Source: Octopus sinensis
Taxonomy: Eukaryota
Direction of reading: 5' to 3'
Assembly: GCF_006345805.1 (NCBI RefSeq)
Contig: NC_043005.1
Coordinates: 63,302,001 to 63,366,000 of the forward strand
Length of the DNA: 64,000 nucleotides
Of this stretch, positions 52,398-63,995 are shown one piece after another (the first letter of the stretch is position 1; every line of letters starts with the position of its first letter). The notes under the pieces are model-generated. The model did not search any database. It was given only the letters and a program-made list of their open reading frames with translations, and was not told the origin of the DNA. The translations under genes were made by a program, and so were the position numbers.

Positions 52398-52605
52398 TAT
52401 GAGGTGGTGCTAAATGTTCCTAGCTTTGGATAAAAGAAAATACAGGAGGATCAGTTAATTAGGATTTTACTCAACATATTCCCCTCTTAGATTTACACAC
52501 TTATTGCAGCAGTTGCTCCAGTTTTTCCAAGCCCTGTAAAAGAACTTGGGTGGTTGGATCTCCAACCAGGCTCTTTATGATGCTTTAAAGCCAGCAACTT
52601 CTCAG
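52398..52605 (-). mobile_element. Mariner 3' end fragment
   Basis: TIR tatgaggtggtgctaaatgttcc. The minus strand encodes a frameshifted FFTGL..LEQ..NKCVNLRGEYVE*-type C-terminus. Confidence 0.75.
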
Positions 52606-52661
52606 CAGCCTCCCATATATTTGTGTGTATATATATCCTTGTATGTGAGTATATTGGCATG

Positions 52662-52705
<44 letters not shown>

Positions 52706-52866
52706 GTAAATAATATTTTATAAGCTTAAAGCTTATAAGCGATCACTGTACATTGACTTAGGTAAATGGTCTAATATTGAGGCATATAACCTGTCGATGG
52801 AAAAAGTAGGGTTTACTGTATGATGCAGGGGACTTGACCCACATCTCTATGTATATGTATATGTAA

Positions 52867-52901
<35 letters not shown>

Positions 52902-53480
52902 TATATATATATACACATATACATCCTGTTTTAACAGCTCACATATAGCTGATGTACAAAATCAATTTAAAAATTAAAAGCAACAGAGATGTTAAATTTT
53001 AAGTTAGTAATTCTGCTGAATTTCACATTCTTAAAATAACTTTTTTTTCTTCTTTGTAAAGCAACAAGTTTTCATGTAGATTTGTTGAATTGTTTTCCTA
53101 ATTAATTAACATGAAATATTTTAATAAATGAAATTTTAGGGAAAAAAAAACAACAACAACAAAAGCAAAAGCATTTAAACAACTGCTGAGAATAACCTAC
53201 TTCAAATAGATTTTTCAATTAAGACTTCACGTTGGGATATGGCTGTAAAGTTTTCTAAGTGAATGAACAATAATGTAATAAATGGATACAGTAAAGAAAG
53301 AAATAGAAGGAAAAGAAAATAGATAGAGCAGAAAAATCTTTCAAACTATCAGTGGCATTTTGAAATGAAGTCTTATCAACAATCATTCGGATGTCAGCAC
53401 TTCACAGTAGTTGGCACGGTATTATAGTTTGAAGATAATGTAATTTTTACTATTATTATTATTATTATTATTATTATTAC

Positions 53481-53543
53481 TTCTATGTTTTTTATTTTGT
53501 TTTGTTTTCTGTAAAGGTTTCTCTGCTCATCTATCAAATGCAT
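53481..53543 (-). CDS. Candidate internal host exon (63 nt, phase 0/0)
   Basis: Acceptor ttttattcaatttacatttccaaag and donor gtaata. The only open frame is MHLIDEQRNLYRKQNKIKNIE, phase-compatible with 57937-57989. Confidence 0.4.
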
Positions 53544-53814
53544 CTTTGGAAATGTAAATTGAATAAAAACAAAAGAGAAAAGATAAGTAAAAAAAATCAT
53601 ACAAACATCTTGGAAATCAATTATTTAAAATCTTAAATCCCTCACATCAAGCTGGCAACACAAGTTCTGCAAGTGCTTAATAGCATCCCTTGCATTTTTG
53701 ATTGTTCAGATATATTTTCTAATAGGAAGTTCAGATAATTGGTATATAACTCTAGGAAGAATTTTATTAATAAAAAATATCTCATCTACACAAACACACA
53801 CGTACATATATATA

Positions 53815-54084
53815 TACAAGTGTTGGCTGAAAAGTTTAGAGACTGACTATGAAGAAGTATGCTAGAGCTGCAAAATTTTGTATTGCATTAATTCCAACTG
53901 CATTTTCTTTTTCCTAAGTAAACTGACATCTCACAGGTCAAAGAAGACTTCAAAAGTATGTAGTTGCAACTTCTCTTGAAAATGAACAAAATTTGACATT
54001 GTAGTGTTATAAAGTACCTTTTGTAAAAGGGTTCAGCCATCAAGGACATTCAAGCTGACATGGTTGCAACATGAGAAGAGAATG
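53815..54084 (+). mobile_element. Mariner 5' fragment, same family as 19306-20524
   Basis: TIR tacaagtgttggctgaaaagtt. Encodes MNKI*HCSVIKYLL*KGSAIKDIQADMVAT*EENA and is cut by the element at 54084. Confidence 0.8.
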
Positions 54085-54132
54085 CATGCTACTCGAAAAA
54101 AGGTCAACAGAAATTTCTAAAAATTCCATTAT

Positions 54133-54190
54133 TACCATATCGGTCCGATTTCAGAGTTAGCTACTAAGAGCCCTCTCTTCATCAGTGATA
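54133..54190 (-). ncRNA. Type I hammerhead ribozyme (downstream copy)
   Basis: UAUCA CUGAUGA AGAG-(18 nt)-CUCU GAAA UCGGACCGA UA/UGGUA. AUA cleavage triplet and palindromic AUCGG-N-CCGAU. Confidence 0.85.
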
Positions 54191-54622
54191 CATGTGGCAA
54201 AAGAAATAAATGAGATATTTACTTATACCCATGGAAGAAGCAAATACTAAGTCATGGGCACAACTAAGTACCTCAAATAGATCCAAAATAGAAATACTCC
54301 AGCCCATTCGAGGCACGTGCGATTTGAACTGAGGCTCTCACAGAGTGAGTTAGTTAGTTCAGAAGTGAAGGCTTAAATTTATATTTATATCAAATGTGAG
54401 GATAAAATTCTTTTCGAAAAAATTTTATCAATGGCCAGCATATTAAAAAATACCTTTAACGGTTAAATTTATAAACAATTCATAAATGAGGGCAAAGGAA
54501 AAAATTTCTAATGCCAAATATGCCAAAAAATTGGACCTATTGTCCATTAACCATATAATTTTTTCACAATACGCACGCTACTCGAAAAAAGGTCGACAGA
54601 AATTTCTAAAAAATTCCATTAT

Positions 54623-54680
54623 TACCATATCGGCCCGATTTCAGAGTTAGCTACTAAGAGCCCTCTCTTCATCAGTGATA
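54623..54680 (-). ncRNA. Type I hammerhead ribozyme (upstream copy)
   Basis: Same as 54133-54190 except the central stem III base is G. Confidence 0.85.
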
Positions 54681-56570
54681 CATGTGGCAAAAGAAATAAA
54701 TTTTTCGGCATATTTGGCATTAGAAATTTTTTCCTTTGCCCTCATTTATGAATTGTTTATAAATTTAACCGTTAAAGGTATTTTTTAATATGCTGGCCAT
54801 TGATAAAATTTTTTTCGAGAAAATATTTTTTCGAAAAGAATTTTATCCTCACATTTGATATATATGTATATATGTATATATAAATGAACAGCAATGCTGT
54901 GAATGAAACTTGGACTGTGAATGCAGAAGCCATGAATATATTGAAATAAAGGGTGGAAATAGTTAATGTCAGTGTCACTCGTAATGTGACCTAACTTGTG
55001 ATGTTTTGGTGGGACAGAAGACTAAATATGGCTATGTACTATTGATAACCCCTCAAAACAGCACCCGTGGATTAGAAAAGAATACTATGGAGAGCATCAA
55101 GAAATTTCATCATCAAAGTTTCAAAGTGATAATTCACCATCAGTCCAAACATCCTAATAGGTAATTAACCATTCCAGTTACTAAACTCTGGGTGGAATAA
55201 AACTTAGAAATTAAGGTAGGAAAAAATAGGCTGATTGATTAGAATATTATCAACAGGATATACCTGTTCACATTTAAGAAAATCTCCTGCAATAATAACA
55301 ACTTCAAGGTCTGAAGACAAACATGCAAATGAAAAGCCAGAGATGTGATGTGCCATGAGATATATGGAGGGATATTGCCCCAACTGTAATGTAATGTAAA
55401 GATAATACCATAACTTATGTTAGAAGAAACAATCAATAGTATATGCCAAAGATTAGAGAACATTGGCAGGACTACAATGAAAAGAAGAAACCATTAATAT
55501 TCTACCTGTTAAAGATAAACATGGCAGTTTGATACACAAGATAGAAGCATAAGACTTTTATACAAGCCGACATGTAGACTAGTTACAGAAGCGATACGTA
55601 CATTATAGTCAGAAACCTAAGAGTCAACAGAAATTATAAACAAACAATAACTATAATCTTATCATCACCACATTGCAGATATAAAATCAAAAACACTTCT
55701 ACCATCAAAACAATCCAACAAATTGACAATAAATACAAAGATGATGGTTGAAAAAACATCTTGCAATTGATTCCAAACTAATGCGATAAAACAACAAAAT
55801 TACAATATAAAATAATCCCATGGACTATTATACATACATGTATGTATATTTATGCATACATGCATGCATGTTCACTTACATACATATTTACACTGCTATC
55901 CCATGGAAGTATTTATTGCTAGGTATTCACGCATTCATGAGGGTATGTATGTTGTAAGATTCATACATGGATGTATACATAAATGCACACATATACACAC
56001 ACACATACACATATATGCATATATATATACATATATATATATATCTCATAAATTACAGCTATTTCCACTTAATTTATAAAACCAAGTTTTTCCTCAATAA
56101 TAAAATATCATTAAAATATAATTGTTATTGATATAGGTAAAACAACCCCAGTAAATTCTTCAGATATTTAATATCCCTTAGGTGGTTATTTAACGTCTAG
56201 CTAAATTGTTATATATATATATATATATACATATACACATACACACACACAAAATTAGGGATAAAACCACAGATCCATTTGGCATCTGTTTCTAGCATGT
56301 TGGTGAGGTGTATCTGCACCATTTGATATAATTATATATACATATATATATATATGATGTAGTAGATCGACTCCTTTCTTTGTGCGGATTTCATTGACTT
56401 TTATTAGATACTGCGAACAAACAGAAGAAGAAATTAGACAACTTTAAATGTTCATCTGCTAAAATAACAGTCTTTTTTTAAAAAAAGTCACTACATTACT
56501 GACCACCAGTAGATCATATCTTAATATAGTTAATGTATATTTAAGATTTAAGTTTGCAAATGAGAGACTA

Positions 56571-57214
56571 ACAGAAAGTATCGAAGCTAGCAATGCCAAA
56601 ATCACAGAAAGTATGGAAAACTAGCAATGCCAAAATCACAAAGTATGGAAATCTAGCAATGCCAAAATCACAAAGTATGGAAAGCTAGCAATGCCAAAAT
56701 CACAAAGTATGGAAAGCTAGCAATGCCAAAATCACAAAGTATGGAAAGCTAGCAGTGCCAAAATCACAAAGTATGGAAAGCTAGCAGTGCCAAAATCACA
56801 AAGTATGTAAAGCTAGCAGTGCCAAAATCACAAAGTATGTAAAGCTAGCAGTGCCAAAATCACAAAGTATGGAAAGCTAGCAGTGCCAAAATCACAGAAA
56901 GTATGGAAAGCTAGCAATGCCAAAATCACAAAGTATGGAAAGCTAGCAGTGCCAAAATCATAGAAAGTATGGAAAGCTAGCAATGCCAAAATCACAAAGT
57001 ATGGAAAGCTAGCAATGCCAATATCACAAAGTATGGAAAGCTAGCAATGCCAAAATCACAAAGTATGGAAAGCTAGCAGTGCCAAAATCCCAAAGTATGT
57101 AAAGCTAGCAGTGCCAAAATCACAAAGTATGGAAAGCTAGCAGTGCCAAAATCACAAAGTATGGAATGCTAGCAATGCCAAAATCACAAAGTATGGAAAG
57201 CTAGCAATGCCAAA
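56571..57214 (+). repeat. Minisatellite, ~20 copies of a 32-bp unit
   Basis: Unit caaagtatggaaagctagca(a/g)tgccaaaatca, with occasional +2 (ga) variants. Confidence 0.97.
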
Positions 57215-57936
57215 GATTTATGTGGATGCTTATGGTATCTGATATGGATAGAATAGGCCACACAAATACAACTTTAACTCTTGAACATTCAGATTTATTT
57301 GTCAAATGTAAATCTTATTTATTCACATTGTTTTGAATTAATCATACATTTTCTCATAGCTTCACAATTTCTATGATGTGGTTGTTTATTTTTAAAATGA
57401 CCTTGTAGGGTAGGTGTGAGACATTGGATCTGCTCAGTTTTAACATAAAACCAGGAGAATATCTGGATCAGAAATGGCTGGATTAAATGCTAGAGTGAAG
57501 CCCACTTTCACTATCAAAGCAGGGATTAGCCTAGGGGTCCCATGACTAAATGTTTTAGGGGACTATCTATCTTTTATCCTTTTCTTGTTTCAGTCATTGG
57601 ACTGTGGTCATCCTGGGGCTCTCTCTTTAAGGGTTTATTACATATACATTAGCAATAAGTAGATATCAGTTATTAGTGGTCAGTTACATAGTGACCTGGT
57701 AAACTTGAAATGCCAGTAGTGATGGTCATTATAATAGAGGACAGCTGATCTGTTGATGTCAGTGTTGGATGGTCAAGAAATATAATGACCAGCTGAATGG
57801 TAAAAATACAATTTTCATTCTGATATTTTGTTCATTATATTGTCTATTTTGCAGTGGTAGTAAAGGTCAGACGAATAAATATTACTAAAGCATTGCTTTA
57901 CAGTCAGATGCCCGTCCTGTCATTAGAGATACTTAC

Positions 57937-57989
57937 TTCACATGCTTGTAACTGAAACATTTTCTTTCTTTTTCCATCTCTTCTGCAAT
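57937..57989 (-). CDS. Candidate internal host exon (53 nt)
   Basis: Near-consensus acceptor ccattttttctttgttgcag and donor gtaagt. Open frames are (x)CRRDGKRKKMFQLQACE or IAEEMEKERKCFSYKHV. Confidence 0.5.
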
Positions 57990-58301
57990 CTGCAACAAAG
58001 AAAAAATGGAATTCTTTTGATTTTCATTTATGCATTACACTTTACCATTTCTCACTCTCTTTCTCCGTAATTGTGTGCTCAATTACACACACACACACAC
58101 AAAACATGTATGTATGTATGAATGGATGAATGGATGGATGAATGGATGAATGAGTGAAAGAATGAATAAAATGACAATTGCCTTAGTGTTTAACATGTCT
58201 GCATAATTTATGGTGTGTCTGGATTATGATTCCAGTAGGCACTGAAGAACATTTTTGTCTAACCCATGCAAGCATGGAACATGATTATATACATACATGT
58301 G

Positions 58302-58391
<90 letters not shown>

Positions 58392-58440
58392 ATATATATA
58401 TATATATATAATCAAACCAAATACATATATATATATATGT

Positions 58441-59003
58441 AATCAAACCAAATCAAATCAGATATCAGAAAGCAGAACCAAAATTGAGGTCGATCAACAT
58501 CAGTGGAAATTGCAGCTGTGGTTAAGCGAACCATCCAATCGTGGCCGTTGCCAGCGCCGCCCCGTCTGGCCTCCGTGCTGGTGGCACGTAAAAGCACCAT
58601 CCGTTCGTGTCCGTAGCCAGCCTCGCCTGCCCCCCATGCCAGTGGCACGTAAAAGCACCATCCGTTCGTGTCCATTGCCAGCCTTGCCTGGCCCCGTGCC
58701 GGTGACACGTAAAAGCACCATCCGTTCGTGTTCGTTGCCAGCCTCGCCTGGCCCCCGTGCCGGTGGCACGTAAAAGCACCATCCGTTCGTGGCCGTTTGC
58801 CAGCTCCGTCTGGCACCTGTGCGGGTGGCACGTAAAAAGCACCCACTACACTCACGGAGTGGTTGGCGTTAGGAAGGGCATCCAGCCATAGAAACACTGC
58901 CAGATCAGACTGGGCCTGATGCAGCCTTCCGGCTTCACAGACCCCAGTTGAACCGTCCAACACATGCTAGCATGGAAAGTGGACGCTAAATGATGATGAT
59001 GAT
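58441..59003 (+). mobile_element. RTE 3' UTR fragment with ~59-bp tandem subrepeats and (GAT)n tail
   Basis: Homologous to one unit plus the terminus of the arrays at 660-4649 and 8817-11399. Confidence 0.88.
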
Positions 59004-59020
59004 ATATATATATATATATG

Positions 59021-59215
59021 CAGTTAATTCAAACAAGAAAGCACAAAAAACACAACAATGCGAGGATGTGGAACAAATATAGTATTATTGGACGCTCAGG
59101 AAAGAAGGAAAGAAGGAGGGTTTAACTTTCGAGCGGAGCTCTTCGTCGGAAACACAGGAAAAGGAAAGATCCAGAGAAGGGAAGACAGTGGAAAAAAAAT
59201 CGCCAACAGTACGCG
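59021..59215 (-). mobile_element. pLTR relic with degenerate CCGACGA-type hammerhead at 59120-59153
   Basis: GUUU CCGACGA A GAGC-UCC-GCUC GAAA GUU AAAC, lacking the C of GAAACGUU. Flanked by (TA)n on both sides. Confidence 0.6.
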
Positions 59216-59311
59216 CATATATATATGCATATATATACTCACACACACACATAAATGCATTCATATATATGTATATGTGAATGTGCATGTATATATGTGT
59301 ATATATCAACA

Positions 59312-59380
<69 letters not shown>

Positions 59381-59421
59381 GTGTGTATATATATATATAT
59401 TATATATATATATGTTATATA

Positions 59422-59506
<85 letters not shown>

Positions 59507-60270
59507 TATATACATATATATACACATATATATACATACAGACATACACACACTTATACATATATAGTGACATATATATTTCTGCCTTTAGGTTGTAAAA
59601 TTGCAAGTTAACCACCCACATTATTTATAATTTTCGGTTTTACTGTTTATGAAATCAGCATATGATTTCAACAGAAATCTTATAAGCCGACAAGGCAAGC
59701 TGAATTTAACCCTAGGCACAATGAGAGGCACTGGTGAGCATTAAGATTCATTTAGCATAAAAATGCAAAATCATCAATGATCTGGCTATATCTGCAACCA
59801 TCAAGAGCTTGCTTCCCTTGTCAGCTATTAAGATAGTGTTAAGATAGTGCTTCTGTGGCTATGGAGTGGTTTTGACCCTTGTTTCTAGCAATTATGGTAC
59901 TGATTAGTGCACTTTGTCTCACTTAGTGACATATATATTTCTGCCTTTAGGTTGTAAAACTGAGAATTAGCCGCCCATATTATTTACTAGCTGATAGGGC
60001 AGCTTATAAGCTAGCTCCTGTGGAGTGCTCTTCTTTGGACCTTGGGCCCAAAAATGACACTTCATGCATTGAGTACATATCAAATTTTATTAAACTTGAC
60101 CAATATTTTTCAAGCAATGAACAATTTTCATCAAAACAATCATATAATTTGTTGACCTGGAACTTATTGCAAAGCTGCATGATAAACAGCATTTTTAGTC
60201 ATCCCATTCGCGGATCAGTATAATTTTTTTTTCTGTCTAACCTCTTTCTCTCTCTCTCTTTTTCTCTCAC

Positions 60271-60680
60271 TTTTACTCTTTACTCTTTTACTTGTTTCAG
60301 TCATTTGACTGTGGCCATGCTGGAGCACCGCCTTTAGTCAAGCAAAGCAACCCCAGGACTTGTTCTTTGTAAGTCTACTACTTATTCTATCAGTTTCTTT
60401 TGCCAAACCGCTATGTTACGAGGGATGTAAACACATCAGCATCGGTTGTCAAGTGATGTTGGGAAGACAAACACAGACACACAAACATATACACACACAT
60501 ACATATATATATATGTACATATATATGATGGGCTTCTTTCAGTTTTTGTCTACCAAATCCACTTACAAGGCTTTGATCGGCCCAAGGCTATAGTAAAAGA
60601 CACTTGCCCAAGGTGCCACACAGTAGGACTGAACCCGAAACCATGTGGTTGTACTTACCTAACAGCCACTCCTGTGCCTA
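60271..60680 (-). mobile_element. Family A SINE, near full length
   Basis: Collinear with 32880-33286. Confidence 0.9.
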
Positions 60681-61202
60681 TGTTGATTGTTTTCTACCAT
60701 CACCAGTACACCACCATCGCCACCACAACTGCTATATATACACACTATTCAGACTTCTGACATAACCATCATCGATATCTTTGACTTCGCTGCCTTCCCT
60801 GCCACCACCATCACCACTGTCTTTCCCATACCCAAATGCCTCAGCTACCACCACTACCACCACCAGCACTACCACCACCACCACCACCACCATCATCGTT
60901 GCCTCTGCTCTATCACAACTACAGCTCATGGTATTACTATCACCCCATTACCATCACAACCAGCAAGCTACCACTACCTTCACTGTCTCTATGACTACTA
61001 TTACTCTCACACCAGCAGGTGGAATAGTAGAAGTGTCATTGAATAGTGAAAGTGGAGGGTCAAAGTGTGACACATTGACACACAGAAATTTGTTTTGGCA
61101 TTTATTATCATAGATGTGTTTGGCTGAAACACATAAAATAAAAGAATAAAAGAATATATATATGCATAAACATATATATTTAAATATAAATATATATACA
61201 AA

Positions 61203-61237
<35 letters not shown>

Positions 61238-61884
61238 GTATACAATATGTGCATGTATACAGGATACATAAATACCTATGCACATGCATCCATACATGCA
61301 ATATGTGCATATCTGTGATTGAATGTGTAGGAATGTCTAGAAAAGCATGAAGATAAATATAGGCAATTATTTTATTAAAAATTGTACATATATTCGTTTA
61401 GGCTTAGTTTTACACACATTGAATAGTACAGTAATTTATCCAAGATTCCTGATGCCTGAATTCTTATGAAATATACACTTGTGTGGTTCAGCATATATAT
61501 ATAAGAAGCTGGGATAATGATGAAATCTCTTGCATAAGATTTCTCTGCATTATACATACAAGTTGTACCTCAGATTTTTGTTATTAAATATGTGTGCAAA
61601 AAGCAATTTTTATACATGAGCAAATATAATATGCATGTGTGTGTCGGTGCACATGCATGTTCATATGTGGGTGTGTGGGTTTATAAAGATATATTTTCTG
61701 TTGGTACAGTTTTATATCTATATTCTCTGAACATTGTTGATACAACTACATATGCTCATATCTATACATGGTTTCAAATTTTATAGATACAGACAACAAT
61801 AGTTTAAATAGTCATTTTAATTAAATAGTAATCCAGTTTCACCAATATCTAACTAGTGAAACAATAAAGGAATATATCATTTAT

Positions 61885-62272
61885 TTTTCACTTGTTTCAG
61901 CCATTGGGCTGCAGCCATGCTGGGGCATGTCTCGAAGAACTCTTAATTGAATGAATCAACCCTACCACTTAATTTTCAAGCCTGGTATTTATTCTATCAG
62001 TTGCTTTTGCTAAACCCACAAAGCTACAGGAATGTAATCACATTAACACCAGTTGCCAAGTAGTGGTGGAGGACAAACATAGACCCAAAGACACATACAC
62101 ACATCTATATGACAAGCTTCTTTCAGTTTCTCTATGCTAAATCCATTCACAAGGCTTTGATCAGCTTGAGGTTATAACAGAAGACACTTTCCACTGGTGC
62201 CATGCTATAGGATTGAACCTGGTACCATGTGACTGTGAAGTAACCTTTTTACCACACAGTCACACCTGTACC
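61885..62272 (-). mobile_element. Older family A-related SINE
   Basis: cttgtttcagccattgggctgcagccatgctgg ... ggattgaacctggtaccatgtg. Confidence 0.75.
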
Positions 62273-62325
62273 TATTTCTACCACACAAACATGCCTTCAC
62301 CTATTCTTACCACACAGCCATGTAA

Positions 62326-62376
<51 letters not shown>

Positions 62377-62409
62377 TAATAAATTTATTAATAAACATCT
62401 AGATATAGA

Positions 62410-63625
62410 AATTAGAGGTTTTGATGCAGTTGTCCATAATTATCTTCTTTCTCTATGTTTATAACCAGGTCGGTCTTTTTTGGGGGATGGCATTGTATAT
62501 TGTTTTGTGACAACATCGTGTCACATAGGGAGGTGGTACCTTGACATTTTTGTGCAGTTGCTAATCATATGTATGATGTCATCCTCAGAAATATGACATA
62601 AACTATATTTTCAGTTACATCTTGGATCTCTAAGGGCATCATTGCCTCTTTTGTTCATTATGTATTTAGTAGAACTCTCCTGTTCTTACCCCTTGAAGTG
62701 TGATGTAGGACTAACGAGTCCAAGAGAGTCTTCGCTTCATGTTAATATTAGTATCTTCTTCAAATCTAACGAGTAACATACCCATGCATGGTCTTTTTTT
62801 TTTTGGAATGCTAAGCATTTCACCTCCAGGTCTTCTTTGATGTATACCACTCCAACTGATTTGGAGTTGTATGAGAGGTCATTGGAAAGAAAGTGCTTCC
62901 TGAGGAGTTCCCTTCCAACACATAGAATATTGTTTTCTCCTCTTTTCAACACTACATTAATGCATTTATTTTTGCTTTTGTTGTTTAGCAAGTGCTGTCT
63001 GAGAGAGATTATATGACATTCAAAGGCTGTCTACACTGATCTCAAGCCCCATACCTCCTTTATCTCTACTTAGGTAAAGCCTGTTGATATCACTACTTTT
63101 GTGGAGTTTTCCAGTTGATGTTAGAATCTTGTGGCTTTTAATGTCTATGGAATGGATTTCTTCAACAGACCAGTCAAGTATCCCAAATGTTGGAATCAGC
63201 ACTGGCACTGCAAATGCATTGTGGGATATTGTCTTGTTGCAAGAGGAGAGTGCAAGGCGGTAAGCTAGCAGAATTGTTAGCACACTGGGTGAAATTCTTA
63301 GCGATATTTCGTCTGCCAATACGTTCTGAGTTCAAATTTCGCTGAGGTCGACTTTGCTTTTGATCCTTTCAGGGTCAATTGAATAAGTACCAATTACACA
63401 CTGGGGTCGATGTAATCGACTTAATCCCTTTGTTTGTCCCCAGTATGTTTAGCCTCTTGTGGGCAATAAAGAAATAAGAGGAGAGTTCAGACTACCATAT
63501 GTTTCTTAGTCTGGTGCAATATTCTTGGGTCCATTCTATCTTTATTCCCAGTACTTTTGTATGATGCATTTTCACCAATGCCTGTGCACTTGCAGCATTC
63601 TTTGTGTGGTACAGTATAAATAGTG
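62410..63625 (-). pseudogene. Decayed R4/Dong-type (restriction-like endonuclease) LINE fragment, split by a SINE
   Basis: Reads SELSSCNKTISHNAFAVPVLIPTFGILDW...SDINRLYLSRDKGGMGL, a CCHC-like segment C..EDDIIHMISNC...M*HDVV, and a degenerate PDLVI motif. Confidence 0.75.
63252..63475 (+). mobile_element. tRNA-derived SINE (family C) with an 11-bp TSD
   Basis: TSD aagaggagagt at 63241-63251 and 63476-63486. B-box gagttcaaatt and central gaggtcgactttgc..atcctttcagggtc. Confidence 0.9.
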
Positions 63626-63629
63626 AGAC

Positions 63630-63995
63630 CATTTGAGCATGATCGTTGCCAACATTTTCTGACTGGCTCCTGTACCGGTGTCACGTAAAAAACACCATTT
63701 GAGTGTGGCTGTTGCCAGTGCTACCAGACAGGCTCCTGTGTGGGTGGCATGTAAAAAGCACCATTTGAGTGTGGCCTATGCCAGAACCGCCTGACAAGCC
63801 CTTGTGCCGGTGGCACATAAAAGCACCCACTACACTCTTGGAGTGGTTGGAATTAGGATGGGCATCCAGCTGTAGAAAATTTGCCAGATCAGATTGGAGC
63901 CTGGTGCAGCCTTCTGGCTCACAACCCCTCAGTCAAACCGTCCAACCCATGCCAGCAGGAAAAGCGGATGTCAAACGACTACAATGATGATGATT
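63630..63995 (+). mobile_element. RTE 3' UTR/tail fragment
   Basis: Diverged 60-bp subrepeats and terminus ccaacccatgccagcaggaaaagcggatgtcaaacg..gatgatgat. Confidence 0.85.

Larger units (their letters stand above)
54084..54862 (-). mobile_element. Non-coding double-hammerhead element (retrozyme-like / mini-PLE)
   Basis: Direct repeats 54084-54211 and 54573-54701, each containing an HHR. An inverted copy of 54386-54532 lies at 54699-54862. No ORF. Confidence 0.8.

Noticed and set aside
55200-55620. Possible old LINE-derived stretch (VKDKHG-like)
   Set aside because: Too degenerate to assign with confidence.
56125-56175. Minus-strand CTGAAGA with a possible stem I (aaatat/atattt)
   Set aside because: GAAA and the 3' half of stem II are missing, so it is too eroded to call.
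331-63987. Many ORF-track proteins rich in YI/CV/HT or in MCHRHRC/VPPTQV motifs (e.g. 9223..9870, 10794..11360, 59058..59474)
   Set aside because: They are translations of TA/CA microsatellites or of the non-coding RTE 3' UTR arrays, and are open in several frames on both strands.
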